From assembly GCA_963845755.1 (NCBI GenBank), contig CAWJTV010000033.1, forward strand, positions 256,001 through 320,000: a stretch of DNA of 64,000 nt, given 5' to 3'. The position numbers and the translations under genes are program-made. Every line of letters starts with the position of its first letter. Positions within the stretch are counted from its first letter, which is position 1. Below are positions 54,426-64,000 of this stretch, in pieces. The stretch comes from an uncultured Planctomycetota bacterium. Lineage in GTDB: Bacteria; Planctomycetota; Planctomycetia; Isosphaerales; Isosphaeraceae. Under the pieces are notes generated by a model that worked only from the letters and a program-made list of their open reading frames with translations, was not told where the DNA came from and ran no database searches.

Positions 54426-54492
54426 AAGAAGTCGGGAATGCGTTCCGGATCCTTTCGAGGTGAGGGCTAACCCTGAAGGTGGAGTATCGGGG

Positions 54493-57400
54493 ATGACCGG
54501 TCCTGAGAGCTGCCCTGATTGCGGTGCCCGCCTGCCGGCCGCGTCGCCGGCCGGGCTCTGTCCCCTCTGTCTGCTCCGGCTCGGCGCCGCCTTGTCGGCC
54601 GACCTGGCGGGGGGATCCGGCTCGAGAGCGTCGAGCGGGATCCGCGGACCCGCGGCGGGGGGCCCGGGACTTTCGCCTCGAACGGGGACGGCGCGGTCGG
54701 GGCGGTCGCTCGCATCCATCTCCGGGACGCATCCGACGCCGCGCGGCTGGTCCGGCCCGGTTCGCCAGAGATGCCCGACCGCACGGGGCAGCCGTCACGC
54801 TACCAGCTCGTCGGCGAGCTGGCCCGGGGCGGGATGGGCACGATCTTCCAAGGGCGCGACCTCGAACTCGGCCGGGACCTCGCCGTCAAGGTGATCCGGG
54901 AGGAGCACCGCGACCAACCCGAAATGGTCCGCCGGTTCGTGGAGGAGGCCCAGATCGGCGGCCAGCTACAGCACCCCGGGATCACGCCGGTGCACGAGCT
55001 GGGACGGTTCCCCGACGGCCGGCTGTTCATCGCCATGAAGCTGGTCCGTGGCCGCACCCTGGCGGCGCTCCTGGAGACGCGCGGGGGTCCCGATGAGGAT
55101 CGGATGCCATTCCTCTCGGTCTTCGAGCAGGTCTGCCAGGCGATGGCCTACGCCCACAGCCGAGGGGTGAGCCACCGGGACCTGAAGCCGTCGAACGTGA
55201 TGGTCGGCGCGTTCGGCGAGGTGCAGGTCATGGATTGGGGCCTGGCCAAGGTGCTCGACCAGGGGGGCGTGGCCGACGCGGAGCGGGCGCTGCTGCTCGC
55301 GCGACGGGGATACCTCCGTCCGGACATTGAGCTGCGGGTCGGAGGGGCTGGAATCGCGGGCCGGGTCGGTGCTGGGCACTCCGTCGTACATGGCACCGGA
55401 GCAGGCCCGGGGCGAGCTGGACACGCTCGACGAGCGGGCGGACGTCTTCGCGCTGGGCTCGATCCTCTGCGAGGTCCTCACCGGCCTGCCCGCGTTCGCG
55501 GGGGAATCCGCGGACGAGGTCGCCCGCAAGGCGGAGCGGGCCGATCTGTCGGACGCGTGGGCACGCCTCGACGCATGCGAGGCCGACGCGGAGCTGGTGA
55601 GGTTGGCGCGGTCGTGCCTGGCCGCCGCGCCGAAGCACCGGCCGCGGGACGCCGGCGCGGTGGTCGCGCGGCTGTCGGCGTATCTCGGCGGCGTCGTGAG
55701 GCGGCTGAGGGAGGCCGAGCTGGCCCAGGCCCGGGCCGAGGCCCAGGCCGCCGGAGAGCGGCGGCGCCGGCTGCTCGCGCTGGCGCTGGCCGGCTCGGTG
55801 CTCGCCACCGCACTCATCGGCGCGGCCGGTTGGGGCTGGGTGGACCGCGAGCGGCAGCGACGCGAGCGAACGATCCGGGCCGGGGTCGAGGCGGCCCTCT
55901 CCGAGGCCTCGAAGAGGCGCGATCAGGCCCGCGACACGGGCGGGGCCGACCCAGTCGCCTGGGTCGAGGCGATCGAGGCCGCCCGCCGCGCCGAATCGCT
56001 CGTCGGAAACGAGGATGCGGGTGCCGAGCTGCAAGAGCGGGTTAGGACCTTCCTGGCGGAACTAGCTCGCGAGCGCGACGGGGCCGAGGATGCCGAGAAG
56101 GATCGCCGGATGGTCGAGCGGCTCGCGGCCATCCAGAACGACCTGGGCGTCCACAACGACTTCGTCAAGGCCGACGCCGAGTACGCCGCGGCGTTCCGCG
56201 CCTACGGTGTCGACCCCGACCGGATGGAGCCGGATGCGGCCGGCCGGGCGCTGGCGGCCAGCCCGGCGGTCGCAGACCTGGCCAATACCCTCGATCACTG
56301 GGCGTTCCTCCGCCGCGGGCCGGCGTTGCGGGACCGGGCCGGCGGGGCGAGGCTGGTCGCGGCCGCTCGGGCGGCCGATCCCGACCCGTGGCGGAGCCGG
56401 CTCCGGGACACCCTCGGGCGCATGGGCGGCGACCGGCGCGCAGGCTGGAAGCCCTGGAACGGCTCGCCGCCACGGCCGACGTCGACCACCTGCCGGGGGC
56501 GAGCGTCACCCGGCTGGCCTTCGCGCTGGCGTTGCTCGGCCGGCGCGACACGGCGATCGCGCTGTTACGGCGCGCCCAAGCGTCGCACCGCGATGACTTC
56601 TGGATCAACGCCGACCTCGGGCGCGAGCTGATGGCCTCCGGCCGTCCCGAGGAGGCCGTGCGGTTCTTCGCCGTCGCCGCGGGCGTCAGCCCCCGCAGTG
56701 GGCTGGCCCTGAAGGGCCTGGCGAAGGCCCTGCTCCAGAACGGCCAGGCCTCCGAGTCAGTCGACATCCTCCGAGAGGTGACCCGGCTCCGGCCCGACGA
56801 CGCCCTGGCCCACGTCGCGCTCGGGTCGGCCCTCCTCATGCTGGGCGAGCCGCATGAGGCGGACGCGGCGTTCTCCGAGGCGCGACGATTGAAGCCGGAC
56901 GACTGGGTGGTCCGCGACCAGATCGCGCTGGCCGCGCTCCGATCGGGGCGACTGGGCCGCGGCGGTCGAGGAGCAGCGGGAATCGGTCCGTCGGTTCCCT
57001 GGGCTGGCGGTCGCGCACAAGGCGCTGGCCCACGCCATCGAGGGCGCCGGGCGTACCGACGACGCGATCGCCGAATTCCGCGAGGCCGTCCGTCTCGAAC
57101 CCCGCTTCCCGTCGGCCTACCTCTACCTAGGCCGGGCCCTGATCGAGGCGGGCGACTACCGGGCGGCGCTGGACGCGCTGCGCGCGTCGACCCCGGCCCT
57201 CCGCCTCCGGACCCTCACCTCAGCGCCTCGACGCTGGCGGCGCGAGCCGAGCACATGATCGCGCTGGAGGCGCGGCTGACTGCCGTCTTGAACGGATGCG
57301 ATCGCTCTGCCGACGCGGAAACCACCGCGGATTTCGCCCGGATCGCGTTCGCCCGGCACTCCTTTACGGCATCGGCCCGCATGTGGGCCAAGGCGTTCGC

Positions 57401-57806
57401 CGCCTCGCCGGCGCCGGCGGCCGACCCGATCACGGGGAACCGCTTCCAGGCCGCACGGGCCGCGGCGCTGGCCGGTGCCGGGAGCGGCCGGATCGAGAGC
57501 CCGGCCGATGCCCACTCCCGGGCGCGGTGGCGTGAGCAGGCCGTGGCCTGGCTGGAGGCCGACCTCGCCGCGTCCGCCGCCCTCCTGGAATCGGGGACCT
57601 CACGGCAGCGCGCCGCGGTCCTCAAGCGGCTCGGCCGGTGGCCACTCGACCCGGCCCTGGCGGGTATCCGCGATGTCCAGGCCAGAACCTCGCTCCCCGA
57701 GCCCGAGCGCCGTTCGCTCCGCGACCTCTGGAGCCGGGTCGAGGCGGTGCGGGCGAAAGCCGCCGCCCCCGCCCCGCAAGGGCACGCTGCGAGCAGAAAT
57801 CCGTGA
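54493..57806 (+). CDS. Ser/Thr kinase with N-terminal CxxC..CxxC and C-terminal TPRs; about 5 frameshifts
   Basis: [68 protein letters not shown], spread over ORFs 54460, 54519, 55327 and 56388. Confidence 0.85.
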
Positions 57807-57813
57807 AGGCAGC

Positions 57814-57841
57814 TGTAACGTCGGTGGACTTTTCCCCAATC
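57814..57841 (+). promoter_or_regulatory. Candidate ECF promoter TGTAAC-N16-CCAATC
   Basis: Eight bases after the kinase stop, upstream of the ThuA/PVC haem gene. Confidence 0.55.
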
Positions 57842-57938
57842 TGGTATGAGGGGGAAGCGAGGCCCCCCACCAGGTCGACATCGCCCGAGCCCGGGCCGCG
57901 CCAGGCGGACGGGGGTACCGCCCGAAGGGTCGGGGTTT

Positions 57939-58001
57939 GTAGGGTGGGTGAAACCCCGCCGACGCAAAGCCCTGGTCTATGGTGGGTTGCACCCACCCTA
58001 C
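57939..58001. repeat. GTAG-family REP doublet (REPIN)
   Basis: GTAGGGTGGGTGAAACCC ... GGGTTGCACCCACCCTAC. Confidence 0.85.
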
Positions 58002-58045
58002 GAGACTGACAGAGCCGCCCGACAACCGAGGGGGAGAATCCGCAG

Positions 58046-61000
58046 ATGAGGCTCCGCACTTGCCTGGCCGTCCCGGTCCTCATCCTCCTTGCGGCGTTCG
58101 CCGCGGCCGCCCACGCAGTCGAACCGCCCGCCTCGAGGCCGCTATCGGTCCTCTTCCTCGGCGACCAGGGGCACCACCGCCCCGCCGATCGCTACGCCCA
58201 GATCGCCCCGATCCTCGCCGGGCGCGGGATTGAGGTCACTTACACGGAGAAGCCGTCGGACCTGAACCCCGACACGCTCCGCAAGTATGACGCGCTCCTC
58301 ATCTACGCCAACACGACCCGGATCAGCAAGGACCAGGAGAAGGCCCTGCTCGACTACGTGGCCGGCGGCGGAGGCTTCGTCCCGCTGCACTGCGCCTCGT
58401 TCTGTTTCCTGAACTCGCCGGCATACATCGCGCTGGTCGGCGCCCAGTTCCAGAAGCACGGGACCGGCGAGCTCGAGACGATGGTCGTCGACTCGGATCA
58501 TCCCATCATCAAGGGGCTGGAGCCGTTCCGCACCTGGGACGAGACCTACGTCCACACCAAGCACAACACGAAGGACCGCCACGTCCTCCAGACCCGGAAT
58601 GACCAGGCCGGCTCGGAGCCCTGGACCTGGACACGCACGCAAGGCAAGGGGCGCGTCTTCTACACTGCGTATGGCCACGATTCCCGCACCTGGGGCCACC
58701 CCGGCTTTCATGACCTCCTCGAGCACGGCATCCGCTGGGCCGCGAACAACGGGGACGTCTACGACTCCCGGCCGCGCGTGGCCCAGGGCCTGAAGCCGCT
58801 CGAATACGAGCCCGCGGAGATCCCCCTCTACACCCCGGGCGCCCGGTGGGGCACCCTCGGCGAGCCGATCCGCCGGATGCAGAAGCCGCTCTCGCCCGAG
58901 GAGTCGCAGAAGCACCTCGCCCTGCCGGTCGGATTCGAGGCGAAGCTGTTCGTCGCGGAACCGCGGATCTTCAAGCCGATCACGATGACCTGGGACCACC
59001 TCGGCCGGCTCTACGTCGCCGAGACCGTCGATTATCCGAACGGGATGCAGCCGAAGGGGAAGGGACGTGACCGGATCTCGATCGTCGAGGACACCGACGG
59101 CGACGGCCAGGCCGACAAGGTCTCGCTCTTCGCCGACAGCCTGAGCATCCCGACGAGCCTCTGCTGCGCTAATGGCGGCCTGATCGTGGCCCAGGCGCCC
59201 GACATGCTCTTCCTCAAGGACACCAATGGCGACGGCAAGGCCGACGAGCGGAAGGTCCTCTTCACCGGCTTCCACACCAACGACACCCACGCCGGCCCGT
59301 CGAACCTCCGCTACGGGCTGGATAACTGGATCTACGCGATCATCGGCTACGCCGGCTTCAGCGGCGAGGTCGGCGGCGAGCGGCACAGCTTCCGTCAGGG
59401 GTTCTTCCGGTTCAAGCCGGACGGCGCGAAGCTGGAGTTCCTCCGCAGCACGAACAACAACTCCTGGGGCGTCGGCATCAGCGAGGAGGGCCTCCTCTTC
59501 GGCTCGACCGCCAACGGCTGCCCGAGCGTCTACATGCCGATCGCCAACCGCTACTACGAGTCGGTCCGCGGCATGGCGCCGACGGTCCTGCAGAACATCG
59601 CCGACTCGAACCGCTTCTTTCCGATCACCGAGCAGGTCCGCCAGGTCGACTGGCACGGCGGCTTCACGGCCGGGGCCGGCTCGGCGCTATACACCGCGCG
59701 CACCTATCCTAAGCATTACTGGAACAAGACAGCTTTCGTCGCCGAGCCGACCGGGCACCTCGTCGCGACATTCACGCTCCACCCGGACGGCACGGACTTC
59801 CACTCGCACAACGCCTGGAACCTCGCGGCGAGCGACGACGAGTGGACCGCACCGATCCTGGCCGAGGTCGGCCCCGACGGCGATGTCTGGGTGATCGACT
59901 GGTACAACTTCATCGTGCAGCACAACCCGACGCCCAAGGGTTACAGGACCGGCAAGGGCGCGGCGTATGAGACCCCCCTGCGCGACAAGACGCACGGACG
60001 CATCTATCACATCGTCGCGAAGGACAGCAAGCCGAGCGCGCAGCCGAAGCTGTCGAAGGACGACCCGAGGGGGCTCGTCGCGGCGCTCAAGAATGACAAC
60101 ATGTTCTGGCGGCTGCACGCCCAGCGGCTCCTCGTCGAGCGGCGTGATAAGTCGGTCATACCCGACCTCGCCGCCCTGATCGACGGGCCGGTCGACTCCA
60201 CCGGCCTGAACGCCGCGGGGGTCCATGCGATCTGGACATTGCACGGGCTGGGCGCGTTGCACCCCACCGTGCCGGCCGGGTCCGGCACACGCGGCGATGA
60301 GGTGCTCGCCGCCGTCAAGAAGGGGCTGAAACACCCGTCGCCCGCCGTGCGCCGTGCCGCGATCCTGGCCCTGCCGCGGGGTCCCGGCGCCGCGACGGGC
60401 ATGTGGCTCGCCGGCGTGTTCGATGACCCCGACCCGCAGGTCCGCCTGGCGGCCTGCCTGGCCATGGCCGAGGTGCCCCGCGCTGAGGACGGCGACAACG
60501 CCTCCCGGATCCTCTCGGCCCTGCTCGACGCGCGGAATCAGCGCGATCGCTGGATGGGCGACGCCCTGACGATCGCCGCCGCGGCGCACGCGCCGAGTTC
60601 TTCAAGGAGCTGGCGCACAGCGGACTCGACGGGACGAAGGGACGGCTGCTGATCCCGGTCACGGCGCGGGTCGCCGAGCACTACGCGCGGGGCGGGCCGG
60701 TCGACTCGATCGCCGCGATCCTGGCCCTCCAGGCCGACGTCAAGCCCGCGTTGCGCGACGCCTTGATCGGCGGCCTCGCCAAGGGATGGCCGCGCGACAA
60801 GACGCCTGCGCTCAACGCCGCCTCGGAACAGGCCGTCGCCGAGCTCCTGCCGAGGCTCTCGCCGGAGGCCCGCGGCCGGATGCTCGGCCTCGCCTCGCGA
60901 TGGGGCGTCAAGGGGCTCGACGCCTTCGCCGCCGGACTCGCCAAAGACTTCCTCGCCGCGGCCTGCGACGCTTCGAAGCCCGAAGCGGCCCGCATCGCCG

Positions 61001-62406
61001 CCGCACGAGGGCTGATCGACCTCCGCAAGGCCGACCCGCGGGCCGCGCGCGACGTCATCGCGCTCGTCACCCCGAAGACGCCGCCCGACCTGGCGAGCGG
61101 CCTGATCGGCGCCGTGGCGCAGAGCGACTCCCCCGAGGTCGCCCTCGCGCTGGTGGACGCGATCGGACCGATGACCCCGGCGGCCCGCAAGGCGACCATC
61201 CTGGTGCTGCTCGGCAAGACCGACTGGACCAGCGCGCTGGTGAGCGGGATAGAGGGGGGCAAGGTGGCGCTGTCCCTCCTCTCGCTCGACCAGTCGCAGG
61301 CCTTGGCCTCCCACCCGGACAGCAAGATCGCCGAGCGGGCCAAGGCCCTGCTTGCCAAGGGTGGCGGGCTGCCCGACCCCGATCGCGAGAAGGTCATCCA
61401 GGCGCTGGCGCCGATCGTCCTGAAGGGCGGCGACGCTTTGCGCGGCAAGGAGGTCTTCAAGAAGGAATGCCTGAAGTGCCATACGCACTCGGGCGAGGGG
61501 GGCAAGGTCGGCCCCGATCTAACCGGCATGGCCGCGCATCCCAGGAGCGAGTTGATCGTCCACATACTCGACCCGAGCCGCTCGGTCGAGGGGAACTTCC
61601 TCCAGTACACCGTCTCGACCGCCGACGGCCGAATCCTGAACGGCCTGCTGGCCGCCGAGACGAAGACCTCGATCGACCTGCTCGACGCCGAGGGGAAGAA
61701 GCAGACACTCCTCCGCGAAGACATCGAGGAGCTCGCCGCGTCGAAGAAGTCGGTCATGCCCGAGGGGTTCGAAAAGACGATCTCACCGGAGGGCCTGGCC
61801 GACCTGCTCCGGTTCCTCACGCAAAAAGGGAAGTACCTGCCGCTGGACCTCCGCAAGGTCGCCACGCTCACGACGACCGAGGGGGTGCCTTTCGGTCCCA
61901 GGGGTGCGATCGGTAAGCTGATCTTCGAGGACTGGGGCCCGAAGGTCGTCAACGCGGTGCCGTTCGTGCTGGTCAACCCGCAGGGCGGCCGCCAGCCGAA
62001 CGCGATCATGATAAGCGGCCCGGGCAGTAGGTTCGCGCCGAAGATGCCGAGCTCGGTTACCCTGCCCGTGAACGCCCCGGCCAGGGCGATCCACCTGCTG
62101 AGCGGCGTGGCCCTCCTGGGATACCCGGTCGGCCGCGAGGGGACCGTCTCGATGATCGCCCGCATCCACTACGAGGACGGAACGACCGAGGATCACGAAC
62201 TGAAGAACGGCGTGCACTTCGCCGACGTCAACGGCGCGCAGGACGTCTCGGGCTCGAAGCTGGCGTTCCAGCTCGGCGGCCACCAGATCCGCTACTTGAC
62301 CGTCATACCGAAGAAGGAGGATTCGATCTCCAGCATCGAGCTGATGAAAGGGCCCGACCGGACCGCCCCGATCGTCCTGGCCGCAACGGTCGAAGGCTTC
62401 GAGTGA
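58046..62406 (+). CDS. ThuA domain + PVC-type haem-binding CxxCH dehydrogenase-like protein (propeller, HEAT repeats, cytochrome c); frameshift near 60595
   Basis: ThuA (GGGFVPLHCAS, DETYVH, GRVFYTAYGH), EDTDGDGQAD, GPDGDVWVIDWYN, CLKCH, VGPDLTG, ILDPSR, SVMPEGFE. Confidence 0.92.

Positions 62407-64000
<1,594 letters not shown>

Overview
High-GC bacterial DNA with the gene repertoire of a planctomycete, most like Isosphaeraceae (ECF sigma/Ser-Thr kinase pairs, PVC-type CxxCH haem protein, CRTAC1/ASPIC protein, PEP-CTERM protein). About 18 single-base indels split otherwise intact genes, which suggests long-read consensus error. 1-9.6 kb: ECF sigma-LRR-thioredoxin fusion, Gfo/Idh/MocA oxidoreductase, a relic of a conjugative-element leading region (YubB/DUF1281 operon plus structured upstream element) and a DoxX/hydrolase/DHFR-like cluster. 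9.6-28.4 kb is an accessory island: IS3, a group II intron 3' stub, a DUF6788 + DDE IS with a 9-bp TSD, an ECF sigma, a ~2000-aa kinase-STAND-repeat-TPR-FGE protein, two tandem Asp-box beta-propeller genes, a PEP-CTERM repeat protein and a SesB-like hydrolase-TM receptor. The strongest new signal is a ~150-bp divergent promoter/leader element present in four copies (TA(G/A)(G/A)-N16-GTA(A/G) plus two conserved leader hairpins). Each copy sits between a leftward cargo gene and a rightward intact or decayed ECF-kinase pair. 28.4-64 kb is mostly ordinary chromosome (GH2, xerD, hisS, NUDIX, two more ECF-kinase pairs, ThuA-PVC haem protein, esterase). No rRNA, tRNA or convincing CRISPR array was seen. 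All family assignments are from motif recognition, not database searches.
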